64,000 bases of DNA, from NCBI GenBank assembly GCA_030390025.1, contig JASTWF010000350.1, positions 248,001 to 312,000 of the forward strand, written 5' to 3'. A program made the position numbers and the translations under genes. How positions within the stretch are numbered: the stretch's first letter is position 1; each line of letters begins with the position of its first letter. Source of the stretch: Squalus acanthias. Its lineage: Eukaryota. Of the stretch, positions 47,731-61,544 are shown piece after piece. The notes beneath the pieces were generated by a model that saw only the letters and a program-made list of their open reading frames with translations, was not told where the DNA came from and ran no database searches.

Positions 47731-48550
47731 CGCGCGGTGGTGACGGTTGGGCCGGTGAGGAGCGTGCAGCGGTGATGGTTGGGCCGGTGAGGCTCGCATG
47801 GTGGTGACGGTTGGACCAGTGAGGAGCGCGTGGTGGTGACGGTTGGGCCGGTGAGGCTCGCGCAGTGGTGACGGTTGGACCGGTGAGGAGTGTGTGGCGG
47901 TGACAGTTGGGCCGGTGAGGAGCGCGCAGTAGTGACGGTTGAGCCGGTGAGGAGTGCGCGGCGGTGATGGTTGGGCCGGTGAGGAGCGCGCGGTGGTGAC
48001 GGTTGAGCCGGTGAGGAGTGCGCGGCGGTGACGGTTGGGCTGGTGAGGAGCGCGCGGTGGTGACGGTTGGGCCGGTGAAGAGCGCGTGGCGGTGACGGTT
48101 GGGCCGGTGAGGCTCGCGCAGTGGTGACGGTTGGGCCGGTGAGGAGCGCGTGGCAGTGACCGTTGGGCTGGTGAGGCTCGCGCAGTGGTGATGGTTGGGC
48201 CGGTGAGGCTCGCGTGCTGGTGACGGTTGGGCCAGTGAGGAGCGCGCGGTGGTGACGGTTGGGCTGGTGAGGCTTGCGCAGTGGTGACGGTTGGACCGGT
48301 GAGGAGTGTGTGGCGGTGACGGTTGGGCCGGTGAGGCTCGCGCAGTGGTGACGGTTGGACCGGTGAGGAGCGCGCAGTAGTGACGGTTGAGCCGGTGAGG
48401 AGTGCGCGGCGGTGACGGTTGGGCCGGTGAGGAGCGCGCGGTGGTGACGGTTGGGCCGGTGAGGAGTGCGCGGCGGTGACGGTTGGGCCGGTGAGGAGCG
48501 CGCGGTGGTGACGGTTGGGCTGGTGAGGAGCGCGCGGTGGTGACGGTTGG
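47731..48550. repeat. 32-bp GC/CpG-rich minisatellite, about 25.6 copies
   Basis: Unit CGCGCGGTGGTGACGGTTGGGCCGGTGAGGAG, head to tail. ORF translations cycle every 32 aa. Confidence 0.97.
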
Positions 48551-49159
48551 GTTCGACTCTTCATGATGACAAATCTCACTCCCGGCATTTCCCTCATGTG
48601 GACAGCTCTGCACTCAACGGCTGGAAGGGAATATTATCCCACCAGGAGGACAAACACAGCAAGATCCCAAGGGTCGGAATGGACCCGGCAAAGCGTCAGA
48701 AAAGGCACCCAAAAGAACTGCAACAGATCAGGAAAAGCTGGGAGAGCCAGGCTGAGGAAAGATAAGAAGGCAAAGGGCTAGGTAGAGAACTGTTTAGGTA
48801 AAGGATGGTGCAGAGAACCAAAGTAGGTGATTTCAGTGTCCCAGAGATAAAGTGGGCCACCAGGAGAAGGAAGGAAGGAAGGAGGGAGAACACTGCTTTA
48901 GGTTAAAGATTCGCTTCTGTGCTCCTGGTGCATGTCAAAAACACATTATCACAAAATTGCGCACCAGCAGCCTGTGATTTTCCTCTATTAACTGTAATGG
49001 ACTGAAGTCCATGAGCTGGGGTTCTGCAATTTAACTTCTGGGATGTGCCTGAGCAGAATTTTTACCCCTTAGTTACATCTTGAAAGAAATTCCAATAGAT
49101 TTGTGATTATTGTTTCATAAACAGTGGCAACCACACCTCATCCTCTTTTTGTTAAACTT

Positions 49160-49610
49160 GTTTTAAGTAGTGGGCAATGCTGGCAAGGTTGTATTTATTC
49201 CCCAGCCCAGTTGCTCTCCTTGAGAAGGTGCTGGTGTGCCACCTTGAACTAATGCCGACGGTGCTCCCACAGTGGTGTTGGGTAGGGAATTCCAAGGTAC
49301 AGCCCCAGCGACGATGAAGGAATGGCGATATTGCTCCAAATCCAGATGCTGTGTGACTTGGAAGAGAACTTTAAGGGGACGATGGTCGGATGACATTGCT
49401 GCTCTTGGCCTTCTCAGTGGCAGAGTTTGCAGGGGAGGGAGGTGCTGTCCAAGTAACCTTGGTGTAGCCACAGTGCATCAGTAGTGGAGGGAGTCCAATG
49501 GCAGGGGCACCGATCAATGAACTTCTCTGTCCTGGATGGTGCCGAGCTTCTTGGTTGTTGCTGCATTTGTACTCTTTCAGGCGATTGGTGAGTATCCCAT
49601 CACACTTACT
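49160..49610 (-). mobile_element. Diverged 3' end of a LINE related to 37103-40262
   Basis: WNSLPNTTVGAPS and tail similarity. Confidence 0.7.
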
Positions 49611-50137
49611 TTCTCAACGGAGCAACTACAGAGGACCAGTACTTTTATTAGGTGACTGAGTTCTCAAGAGAGCAGGACAGCATTCATGGGATTCATGTTG
49701 CCATCAAAGTATCAAACAACAACCGTGTAACATACATGAATAAAAAAAAGTGTTTAATTGGATCTGTATGCAGGTGGTCTGAGATCGAAACACATGATTA
49801 ATGCAATTGGTTGTGAGATACCCTGGCAGATGCCATGATGCTTTCATCTCGCAACAGTTTTTTATTCGTTCATGGGATGTGGGCATCGCTGGCAAGGCCA
49901 GCATTTATTGCCCGTCTCTAATTGCCCTCGAGAAGGTGGTGGTGAGCCGCCTTCTTGAACCATTGCAGTCCGTGTGGTGATGGTACTCCCACAGTGCTGT
50001 TAGGGAGGGAGTTCCAGGATTTTGACCCAGCGACGATGACGGAACGGCGATATACTTCCAAGTCAGGATGGTGTGTGACTTGGAGGGAAACTTGGAGGTG
50101 GTGGTGTTCCCATGCACCTGCTGCCCTTGTCCTTCTA

Positions 50138-53100
50138 TAGAAACATAGAAAATAGGTACAGGAGTAGACCATTCGGTCCTTCGAGCCTGCACCGCCATTC
50201 AATGCGTTCATGGCTGAACATGCTACCTCAGTACCCCATTCCTGCTTTCTCGCCATACCCCTTGATCCCCCTAGTTGTGAGTGTTATATCTAACTCCCTT
50301 TTGAATATATTTAGCGAACTGGCCTCAACAATCTTCTGTGGAAGAGAATTCCATAGATTCACCACTCTCTGGGTGAAGAAGTTCCTCCTCAGCTCAGTCT
50401 TAAATGGCTTCCCCTTAATCCTTAGACTGTGACCCCTGGTTCTAGTTTTCCCTAACATTGGGAACATTCTGCCCGCATCTAATTTGTCTAAACCAGTCAG
50501 GATTTTAAATGTCTCTATAAGATCCCCCCTCATTCTTCTGAACTCCAGAGGATACAAGTTCAGTTGACCCAATCTTTCTTGATATGTCAGTCCGGCCATC
50601 CCAGGAATCAATCTAGTGAATCTTCGCTGCACTCCCTCAATAGCAAGAATGTCCTTCCTTAAGTTAGGAGACCAAAACTGCGCACAATACTCCAGGTGTG
50701 GCCTCACCAAGGCCCTGTACAACTGCAGCATCACCTCCCTACTCCTGTACTCAAATCCCCTTACTATGAAGGCCATCATTCCGTTTGCTTTCTTGACTGC
50801 CTGCTGCACTTGCATTCCCACCTTCAGTGACTGATGTACCATGACGCCCAGGTCTCGTTGCACCTCCCCTTTCCCTAATCTGCCACCATTCAGGTAATAG
50901 TCCGCCTCTCTATTTTTACCACCAAAGTGGATAACCTCACATTTATCCACATTGTACTTCATCTGCCATACATTTGCCCATTCACCCAACCTGTCCAAGT
51001 CACTCTGTAGCCTCCTAGCATCCTCCTCATTGTTCACACTGCCTCCCAATTTAGTGTCATCCGCAAATTTGGAGATATTACATTTAATCCCTTCGTCCAA
51101 ATCATTAATATATAATGTAAACAGCTGGGGTCCCAGCACCGAACCCTGCGGTACCCCGCTGGTCACTGCCTGCCATTCTGAAAAGTACCCATTTACTCCT
51201 ACTCTTTGTTTCCTGTGTGCCAACCAGTTCTCAATCCACGTCAACACATTACCCCCAATCCCATGTGCTTTAACTTTGCTCACCAATCTCTTGTGTGGGA
51301 CCTTGTCGAAGGCCTTCTGAAAGTCCAAATACACCACATCTACTGGTTCCCCCCTGTCCACCCTATTGGAAACATCCTCAAAAAATTCCAGAAGATTTGT
51401 CAAGCATGATTTCCCTTTCACAAATCCATGCTGACTTGGACCTATCATGTCGCCACTTTCCAAATGGTCTGTTATGACATCTTTAATAATTGCTTCCATC
51501 ATTTTACCCACGACCGATGTCAGGCTGACCGGTCTATAATTCCCTGCTTTCTCCCTCCCTCCTTTTTTAAAAAGAGGGGTTACATTGGCCACCCTCCACT
51601 CCATCGGAACTGATCCAGAGTCTAAGGAATGTTGGAAAATGATCGTCAATGCATCCACTATTTCCAAGGCCACCTCCTTAAGTACTCTGGGATGCAGACC
51701 ATCAGGCTCCGGGGATTTTTCAGCCTTCAGTCCCATCAATTTCCCCAATACCTTTTCCCGACTAATAAGGATTTCCCTCAGCTCCTCCCTCTTACCAGAT
51801 CCTCTGACCCCTTTTATTTCCGGCAGGTTGTGTGTGTCCTCCACAGTAAACACCGAACCAAAGTACTTGTTCAATTGATCTGCCATTTCCTTGTTCCCCA
51901 TTACGACTTCCCCTGTTTCCGACTGCAGGGGACCTACGTTTGTTTTTACTAACCTCTTTCTTTTTACATATTTATAGAAGCTTTTGCAGTCCATTTTAAT
52001 GTTCTCTGCAAGCTTCCTTTCATATTTTATTTTCCCTGCCCTAATCAAACCCTTCGTCCTCCTCTGCTGAGTTTTGAAGTTCTCCCAGTCCCCGGGTTTG
52101 CTGCTACTTCTGGCCAATTTGTATGCAACTTCCTTGGTTTTAATACTATCCCTGATTTCCCTTGATAGCCATGGTTGAGCCACCTTCCCTTTTTTATTTT
52201 TACACCAGACCGGGATGTACAATTGTTGTAGTTCATCCATGCGATCTCTAAATGTCTGCCATTGCTCTTCCACTGATAGCCCCTTAAATATCGCTTGCCA
52301 ATTTAACCTCGCCAATTCACGCCTCATACCCTCAAAGTTGCCCTTATTTAAGTTCTGGACCATGGTCTCTGACTTAACTGTTTCCTTCTCCATCCTAATG
52401 TAGAACTCCACCATACTATGGTCACTCTTCCCCAGGGGGCCTCATACCACAAGATTGCTGATTAGTCCTTCCTCATTACACAACACCCAGTCCAGGATGG
52501 CCTCCCCTCGAGTTGGTTCCTCAACATATTGGTTTAGGAAACCATCCCTTAAACACTCCAGGAAATCCTCCTCCACCGTATTGCTTCCAGTTTGAGTAGC
52601 CCAATCTATATGCATATTAACGCCACCCATGATAACTGCCGTGCCTTTTTTGCACGCACCTCTGATTTCCTGTTTCATACCCTCCCCCACCTCACTACTG
52701 CTGTTTGGAGGTCTGTACACAACTCCCACTAACGTTTTCTGCCCTTTGGTATTCTGCAGCTCAACCCATATTGATTCCACATCCTCCAAGCTGATGTCCT
52801 TCCTAGCTATTGCATTAATCTCCTCTTTAACCAGCAATGCTACCCCACCCCATTTTCCTTTTATTCTATCCTTTCTGAATGTTGAATACCCCTGGATGTT
52901 CAGTTCCCAGCCTTGATTGTTCTGCAGCCACGTCTCTGTAATCCCAATCACATCGTATCCGTTAACATCTATTTGCACAATCAATTCATCCACCTTATTA
53001 TGGATACTCCTTGCATTAAGACACAGAGCCTTTAGGCTTGTTTTATTAACATCCTTTGTCCTTTTAGACTTATGATTTAGTATGGCCCTTTGTGTTTCTT

Positions 53101-53427
53101 GCCTTTGTTTACTCGGCCTTCCCCTATTGTTTCTCACCCTTCTAACATTTGTTTCTGACTGCATATTACTTCCCCCTGTTTCGCTACATAGGTTCCCATT
53201 CCCCTGCCATATTAGTTTAAATCCTCCCGAACTGCTTTAGCAAATATTACCCCGAGGACATCGGTTCCAGTCCTGCCCAAGTGCAGACCGTCCCTTTTGT
53301 ACAGGTCCCACTTCCCCCAGAACTGGTTCCAATGCCTCAGGAATTTGAATCCCTCCCTCCTGCACCACTGCTCAAGCCACGTATTCAATCTCACTATCCT
53401 GTTCTCTCTATTCTGATTAGCACGTGG
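50138..53427 (-). mobile_element. Young CR1 LINE: end of ORF1 (SGNH/esterase-like) plus essentially complete ORF2
   Basis: 53212..53394 encodes RDGLHL. EN 52442..53164 and RT 50228..52414 are in the same frame. Apparent TSD (C)CTTCTA / CTTTCTA. Confidence 0.96.
50228..53164 (-). pseudogene. CR1 ORF2 (APE endonuclease + reverse transcriptase) with one in-frame TGA
   Basis: A 240-aa and a 728-aa ORF are joined in frame by TGA-GPLGKSDHS. Confidence 0.9.
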
Positions 53428-53838
53428 CCCTTTCTAGGTGGAAGAGGTCACTGGTTTGGGAGGTGCTGCCGAAGAAGCCTTGGCAAGTTGCTGCAGTGCA
53501 TCTTGTAGATGGTACACACTGCAGCCACGGTACGCCGGTGGTGGAGGGAGTGAATGTTTAAGGTGGTGGATGGGGTGCCAATCAAGCGGGCTGCTTTGTC
53601 CTGGATGGTGTTGAGCTTCTTGAGTGTTGTTGGAGCTGCACTCATCCAGGCAAGTGGAGAGTATTCCATCACTCTCCTTACTTGTGCCTTGTAGATGGTG
53701 GAAAGGTGGACAGAGTCATTAGCATGGTCCAGTTATACTTCCAACACAAGTCTATCCCTGGCAGGGCCTTGTGTCAGGAAATGGAGCAGAATCAACATTG
53801 GAGGGAAAGACATTAGATTAAGGGAGAGGAGAGATATT

Positions 53839-54638
53839 GGCCTGTAATTTGCGGTCAGCAGTGAAGCAAAGGCGCTCACCGCTGGCCCCGAAGAAAGCTG
53901 CCCACGGAAATCTCGCAATCTCTGTGGCGAGAAGTTTGCCTTTTTCGACGTTCAATTGATTGCAGCGCTCTGTCACGGGGATTTCTAGTGCGATGCTGCA
54001 GTGACATCAACAAGCTGTCTAAACAGCCAATCACATTGAAGAATTCTCACAAACAGGAAACCAGGAAATGAGAAGCTGCTAGAATCCATGTTTTAAAAAC
54101 TGTTCCAGAGATTGAAATAAAGATTGGGACTTTCACATGGGCATAAGGTAGAGGCTGAAATATCATGAACAAACTTTAAATTTTGCTTTTAAAAGTTTTT
54201 AAAAATTGTAATTTTTATCATAATGGAGAAATGTGACACTCCACAATTACAAAAAATAGTTTTTCAGGACCATACTGTTTGTTTAACAGTCAACACGCTG
54301 TTAAAAGCCCAGCTACACCTAATCCAACAAGGCTTAACATTTAATGGGTTATTTAAGAGCGATATTACCACGGAAAAACCCATGTTTTCGTCAGTTTCAC
54401 TGATTTCACTGATTACACTGATTGCCGGCTATGCAGAGGGTGGGGGGGGTGTGTGTGTGTGTGGGGGGGGGGGGCGTGTGGGGGGGGGGGGGAGGCGCCA
54501 CAGCGCAGCCAGTGTCGGAGCAGTGACCGCAACTTTAGGATTTCCGTGTTTAGATGCGCATGTGCTAAATCCTGAAATTGCGGTCAGTTTCAGAGAGGTA
54601 CAGCGTTCGCCGTTATTACTCACCGCAAATTCTGTCCC
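53839..54638. mobile_element. Harbinger-type MITE (about 800 bp) with internal G/GT run
   Basis: Imperfect TIR GGCCTGTAATTTGCGGTCAG / CTCACCGCAAATTCTGTCCC. Confidence 0.65.
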
Positions 54639-54839
54639 AAAGCTGGGGTAGCAAATGTGGGACATTTAAGAGAAGTTAAGCAACATTGTAAACTAATAAA
54701 AGAAGGGGAGCAAAAGCTGTGGTAACTAAGAGAGGAAAGCAGTCAACCAAATAAATGCATGGTTACCAATTCTAGGAGTGAAACAGGTTAACTGTAGAGG
54801 AGCTAGAGACACAAATTAAGCTAGATGGCATGGTGTTAC

Positions 54840-57800
54840 CTTCTAGATCATGACTGACATCCTTTGTGATTGTAATGGTGGTGCATATCCCACGTACTTC
54901 TTGCAGCATTTGATACAGTTGACAACACTATCCTCTTCCATCATTCAGCTCCATGAGGCTAGCTTTGTATGGTTCCATTCCTACCTATCCAAACACAGCC
55001 AGTGCACCTTCAGCAATGACTTCTCTTCCCTCCCTTGCACCATCACCTCTGAAGTCCACCAGTGATCTAGTCTACCCCTCCTCCTTTGTCGTATCAAAAT
55101 ACTGATCCTTGGTGACATTATTTGTAGGCACAGATCAGCTTTCACATGTATGCTGTTATCCAGCTCTACCTCTCTTCCACTTCTCTTGATCTCTTGACTG
55201 CCAATATGCTATCAGACCACTTGTCCAGGGAAGGAGCTGATTGGTAAGTAGGACCTGGTGAGTATTTTTGCAGTCCAGTCGTTGAAGTAAAAGTAAGGTC
55301 TCTAGTTTAGAGTAAGTATTGTTTAAAGGGAAGTAAGGTCCCTAGTGTATTTAATATTCTTTAGTTTAAAGGAAGTAAAGGGAGTAAATTAAGGGTAGGA
55401 CATGGCAGGCCAGCTCGGCAGCGTGGAGTGCTCCTCCTGTGCTATGTGGGAAGTCAGGGACACTTTCGGTGTCCAGGGCGAACACATGTGCAGGAAGTGT
55501 CTCCAGCTGCAGCTACTCGAAATCCGTGTTTCGGAGCTGGAGCTGCGGCTGGAGTCACTGTGGAGCATCCGCGAAGCTGAGATCTTCGTGGATAGCACGT
55601 TTAACGAGGTGGTCACACCGCAGGGAAAGAGTGCACAGGCAGACAGGGAATGGGTGACTGCCAGACAGAGTAAAAGAACTAGGAAGGTAGTGCAGGAGTC
55701 CCCTGGGTCCATCTCCCTCTCCAACAGATTTTCTGTTTTGGATACTGCTGGGGGAGATGGTTTCTCAGGGGAATGCAGCAAGAGCCAAGTCCATGGCACT
55801 ACAAGTGGCTCAGCTGCACAGGAGGGGAGGAAAAAGAGTGGGAGAGCAATAGTAATAGGGGATTCTATCGTAAGGGGAACAGATAGAAGTTTCTGTGGCC
55901 GCAGACATGACTGCCTCCCTGGTACCAGGGTCAAGGATGTCACTAAACGGCTGCAGGGCATTCTGAAGGGGGCGGGCGAACAGTCAGAGGTCGTGGTTCA
56001 CATTGGTACCAACGACATGGGTAGAAAGAGGGATGAGGTCCTGCAACAAGAATTTAGGGAGCTAGGTAGCAGATTAAAAAGCAGGACCTCAAAGGTTGTA
56101 ATCTCTGGATTACTCCCGGTGCCACGTGCTAGTGAGTATAGGAATAGGAGGATAGAGCAGATGAATACGTGTCTAAAGAGTGAACCGGAACGGGACCAAC
56201 ATCCTTACGGGGAAGTTTGCTAGTACTGTTGGGGGGGATTTAAACTAACTTGGCAGGGGGATGGGATATGGAGTGGAGCTACAGTAGGGGGTGATGCACA
56301 GCCAAATATAGAGGAAAAAACAAGTCAGCCTGGAAGGCAGAGCAAATATGTAACGGCACAAGGGAGTATGGCAAGGCTGGATGGCATTTATTGTAATGCA
56401 AGGAGTCTTGCGAGTAAGGCAGATGAATTGAAGGTGTTGATGAACACATGGGAGTATGATATTGTTGCTATCACAGAGACGTGGTTGAGGGAGGGGCAGG
56501 ACTGGCAGCTCAATATTCCAGGGTATAGAATCTTCAGGCAAAACAGAGGGGGGTGTAAAAGAGGGGGTGTCGCACTATTAATCAAGGAGTCAATTACTGC
56601 TGTAAGGAGGGATGATATCTTAGCAGGTTCCTCTAATGAGGCCATATGGGTAGAACTTAAAAACAAAAAGGGGGCAAGCACTTTGCTGGGAGTGTACTAA
56701 AGGCCCCCAAACAGTCAGGGGGAGATAGAGGAACAGATATTTAGGCAAATCTCAGAGAAGTGTAGAAATAATAGGGTAATAATAGTAGGAGATTTCAACT
56801 TCCCCAATATTAACTGGATTATGAAGTGTGAAAGGCTTAGAGGGTGCGGAATTCTTAAAGTGCATCCAGGAGAGCTTTTTGAGCCAGCATGTAGAAAGTC
56901 CTACAAGAGAGGGGGCGGTACTGGACCTAATTCTAGGGAATGTAGCTGGGCAAGTGGTAGAAGTGTCAGTAGGAGAGCATTTTGGTGACATTGACCATAA
57001 TTCGGGGAGATTTAAGGTAGTCATGGAAAAGGACAAAGATGGACCGCAAATAAAGGTTCTAAATTGGGGGAAGGCCGATTTTAATATGATAAGGCAGGAT
57101 CTGGCCAAAGTGGACTGGGATCAGCTACTTGTAGGAAAATCCACATCAGAGCAGTGGGAGTCTTTCAGAAAGGAAATAGAGAGAGTACAACGCCAACATG
57201 TTCCCGTAAAGGTCAAGGGTGGGACCAACAAGCCCAGGGAACCCTGGATGTCAAGGGATATACAAGAATGGATTAGGAATAAAAGGGAGGCTTTTGGCAG
57301 ATACAAAGGACTAAAAACAGTGGAAGCCCCAGAGGAGTATAGAAAGTGCAGGGGGTACTTAAAAAAGAAATTAGGAGAGTGAAGAGGGGGAATGAAAAAA
57401 CACTGCCGGGCAAAATACAGGAAAATCCCAAGGTGTTTTATAAGTATATTAAGGGCAAGAGGATAACCAGGGAAAGAGTAGGGCCCATTAGGGACCAAAG
57501 TGGCAATCTGTGTGTAGAGCCAGAAGATGTGGGTGAGGTTTTAAATGAATATTTTGCATCTGTGTTCACTATGGAGAAGGACGATGTAGGCATAGGAATC
57601 AGGCAGGGGGATTGTGATATACTTGAACAAATTAGTATTGAGAATGAGGAGGTACTAGCGGTTTTAGCGGACTTAAAAGTGGATAAATCCCCAGGCCCAG
57701 ACGAGATGTATCCCAGGCTGCTGTGTGAGGCAAGGGAGGAGATTGCAGGGGCTCTGACACAAATTTTCAGAACATCTCTGGCCACAGGGGAGGTGCCAGA

Positions 57801-59780
57801 GGACTGGAGGACAGCTAACGTAGTACCATTATTCAAGAAGGGTAGTAGTGATAAACCAGGGAATTACAGGCCAGTGAGCCTAACATCAGTGGTATTGGAA
57901 AAGTATTATTGGAAAAAATTCTGAGGGACAGAATTAGTCTCCACTTGGAGAGGCAAGGATTAATCAAGGATAGTCAGCATGGCTTTGTCAGGGGGAGATC
58001 ATGTCTGACCAATTTGATTGAATTTTTCGAGGGGTGACTAGGTGTGTGGATGAGGGTAGTGCAGTTGATGTAGTATACATGGACTTCAGTAAGGCTTTTG
58101 ACAAAGTCCCGCATGGAAGACTGGTCAAGAAGGTAAGAGCCCATGGGATCCAGGGCAATTTGGCACATTCGATCCAAAATTGGCTTAGTGGCAGGAGGCA
58201 GAGGGTGATGGTCGAAGGTTGTTTTTGTGACTGGAAGCCTGTGTCCAGTGGTGTACCGCAGGGATCAGTGCTGGGTCCTTTGCTGTTTGTAGTGTACATT
58301 CATGATTTAGATATGAATGTAGGAGGTATGATCAGTAAGTTCGCAGATGACACGAAAATTGGTGGAGTGGTAAATAGCGAGGAGGGAAGCCTCAGGCTAC
58401 AGGACGATATAGATGGGTTGGTCAGATGGGCAGAACAGTGGCAAATGGAATTTAACCCTGAAAAGTGTGAGGTGATGCATTTTGGGAGGACTAACAAGGC
58501 AAGGGAATACACAATGAATGGTAGGACCCTAGGAAGGACAGAGGATCATAGGGACCTTGGTGTGCATGTACATAGATCCCTGAAGGCTGGGTATATAAGG
58601 TGGTTAAAAAGGCTTATGGGATACTTGCCTTCATTAGCCGAGGCATAGAATATAAGAGCAGGGAGGTTATGATGGAGCTGTACAAAATGCTAGTTGGGCC
58701 ACAGCTGGAATACAGTGTGCAGTTCTGGTCGCCACACTATAGGAAGGATGTGATTGCATTGGAGAGGGTGCAGAGGAGATTCACCAGGATGTTACCTGGG
58801 CTGGAGCGCTTCAGCTATGAAGAGAGATTGGACAGGCTGGGGTTGTTTTCCTTGGAGCAGAGAAGGCCGAGGGGGGACCTGATTGTGGTGTACAAAATTA
58901 TGAGGGGCATAGATAGGGTAGATAGATAGGAACTTTTCCCCTTAGTAGAGGGGTCAATAACCAGGGGCATAGTTTCAAGGTAAGGGGCAGGAGGTTTAGA
59001 GGGGATTTGAGGAAAATCTTTTTCACCCAGAGGGTGGTTGGAATCTGGAACTCACTGCCTGAAAGGGTGGTAGAGACAGGAACCCTCACAACATTCAAGA
59101 AGCATTTAGATGAGCACTTGAAACGCCATAGCATACAAGGCTACGGACCAAGTGCTGGAAAATGGAATTAGAATAGATAGGGATTGATGGCCAGCGTGGA
59201 CACGATGGGCCGAAGGGCCTCTTTCTGTGCTGTATAACTCTATGACTCTATTAAGTTCTGGATGAGTCAAAACCTCCTGCAGCTTAACATCAAGAAGACA
59301 AATAGCATCAATCCCCCCACCCCATACAAACTCTGCTTCCTTGCTACTAACTTCAGCCCCCTCTACCACTACTCTCTCAGTCTGAACCAGACTGTTCTCA
59401 ATCCTATTCACCACCAAGACCACTTACATCCACCTTTGCAGCAATGCCCATCTCCACCCCTACCTCAGCCTCTCCACTGCATATACATGTCTTTGTCACC
59501 TTTAGACTTGACTACTCTAATTCTTTTCTTGCTTCCCTCCCATCCTCCACCTTCCATAAATGTCAACTTGTCCAAATTTCTGCCACATGTACTCTCTCCC
59601 ACACTAAGTCCCACTTGTGCACCATCCCTGTTCTCGCTGACCTACAGAGTCCCTGCCCCGATTAGATTAAATTTGAAATCCTTGCACTCATTTGCCCATC
59701 CCACTTATGTAATCTCCTCCAGCCTTATATCCCCTCTCAAATGCTCCCATTCCCTGACTCTGACCTTCTCCCTATCTCTT
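54840..59780 (+). mobile_element. Old L2 fragment (54840-55227 and 59251-59780) split by a full-length CR1
   Basis: WFHSYLS on the left and WMSQNLLQLN / RLDYSN on the right. The junction is collinear with the L2 at 32760. Confidence 0.75.
55228..59250 (+). mobile_element. Full-length decayed CR1 LINE (5' UTR, ORF1, ORF2, tail)
   Basis: ORF1 55402..56223 has a CxxC...CxxC finger, coiled coil and GDS / GTND esterase-like motifs. ORF2 is split into five or more frames. (ACTCTATG) tail. Confidence 0.95.
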
Positions 59781-59787
59781 TGCCCCA

Positions 59788-60220
59788 GTGTCAGCTGTGG
59801 CTCAGTTGGTAGCACTCTCACTTTGGTTGTGGGTTCAAGTCCCACTCCAGAGACTTGAGCACTAAAATCTAGGGAGTGCTACACTGTCAGAGCTGCCGTC
59901 TTTTGGATGAGACATTAAACTGAGGCCTTGTCTGCCCTCTCAGGTGGGCGTCAAAGATCCCAGGGCACTATTTGAAGAAGTGCAGGGGAGTTATCCGCAG
60001 TGTCCTGGCCAATATTTATCCCTCAATCCACATAACAAAAACTGATGATCTGGTCATTATCACATTGCTGTTTGTGGGACCTTGGTGTGTGCAATTGGCT
60101 ACCGCATTTCCTACATTACAACAGTGACTACACTTCAAAAGTACTTCATTGGCTGTAAAGAGCTTTGGGACGTCCTGAGGTTGTGAAAGGCACTGTATAA
60201 ATGCGAAACTTTTTTCTTTT
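59788..60220 (+). mobile_element. DeuSINE, near full length
   Basis: A box TGGCTCAGTTGG, B box GGTTCAAGTCC, Deu-like core and tail. Confidence 0.9.
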
Positions 60221-61359
60221 CAGTGTTATTGGCAGAGCCTTCACTGGTCTTAGTCATAGTATTTGGAACTCCCTCCCTAAACCTTTCCACTTCTCTCTTC
60301 ATCTTTAAACACATCTTCAAAGACCATTTTTTCAGCCTAGCTTTCAGTTACCCCTGCTAATCTCTCTCTTCTGGGCTTGCTGACCATTTTCCTTACTCCT
60401 ATTGAAGCACTGTCATGTGTCTGAGTTTTTATACTAGATATTGTTTTTGGGTTCAGTGCCACACTCCCATCAGTGAACTTCAGCTCAAGTGCACTTTATT
60501 CTCCCCAATATCTAGATAAACAGTAGCGTGCCTCAGGGATCGCAATAGAGAACCCTTACTTTGTACACAGGCCATTGGAATGTACCTTGTGCTGAAACAT
60601 AAATCCTCAAAATGGCAGATTGGATAAACATTCAAATATTGAACTAATAAGTGTTTTACTTATACAACATAGATGAATGAACAGCCCTCAGTTTAAGACA
60701 GTGAGAAATCCTTGAAAAAGGAAACAATAAAGATGCAACTTGCTTCCTTTCCAAACATGATCTTAAAACAGAAGACCACTTACTGCAAATCTCATCTAGC
60801 TTAACTCTACCTGGCTGAGCTGCCTCAGGCTTTTAAAACACAGACGACCATTTAGCTTTTGGCAACGAGTTTTGAACACTCTGACTGCTCTCTCTGACTC
60901 AAGACTGCGAACGTACAAAAAAATGACAGTCAGGAAAAGACCTACTGTTCCATCCAGCCTATCCCACACAAATGTGATGTCTTGTGCATCACAGTACATA
61001 CACTCCCCCACCCTACTTCCCCCCTGCGCCACCCAGAACCCATGTAATCTCCTGGAAGAGACGAAAAGCCAGATGAAAACCCAGGCCAATTAGGCCCATG
61101 GAAGATGCTCTGACTTATCTTTGAGTCTTTATAGTTGGGGGAGCATCTGCAGATGTGATTGGAGCTGTCACACACTCCAGGGTGCACTGCAGTGCTGAGA
61201 AATCTTCCCTTATGGTGCCGTTTAGGATGGCAGTGGACTCCTTGCTACCCCTGCCATCTGTTGCACATGCTCTTTGGGCTGAAGTCTCTTGAGCCTCAGC
61301 TCATAAATATCAGTCTCTTCCACTCCCCACTCTGGCTCACTCATGCTATGATTCACCCA

Positions 61360-61490
61360 TAGTCATAGAGTCATAGAGTTATACAGCACAGAAAGAGGCC
61401 CTTCGGCCCATCGAGTCTGCGCCGGCCATCAAGCCCTGTCTATTCTAATCCCATTTTCCAGCACTTGGTCCGTAGCCTTGTATGCTATGA
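61360..61490 (-). mobile_element. CR1 3' tail fragment
   Basis: Reverse complement of 59125-59250. Confidence 0.85.
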
Positions 61491-61544
61491 CCCGTGCAAT
61501 GTCTTCATCTGCACTGTCTATTTAACAGGCATGAGAATTGACAA

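Larger units (their letters stand above)
49858..53706 (-). mobile_element. 3' part of the 37103-type LINE (49858-50137 and about 53428-53706), split by a CR1 insertion
   Basis: Both pieces match 39710-40250 in reverse complement and are contiguous at CCTTCTAGGTGG. Confidence 0.9.

Noticed and set aside
47731..48550. 32-bp repeats as a CRISPR array
   Set aside because: The units are head to tail with no unique spacers, there are no cas genes, and the context is vertebrate.
47672..48613. 313-aa and 296-aa Pro/Arg-rich ORFs as mucin-like proteins
   Set aside because: They are by-products of a stop-free 32-bp unit that is not a multiple of 3; the same peptide cycles through all frames.
59788..59850. 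tRNA gene
   Set aside because: The A/B boxes belong to a SINE head that continues into the Deu-like body; there is no complete cloverleaf.
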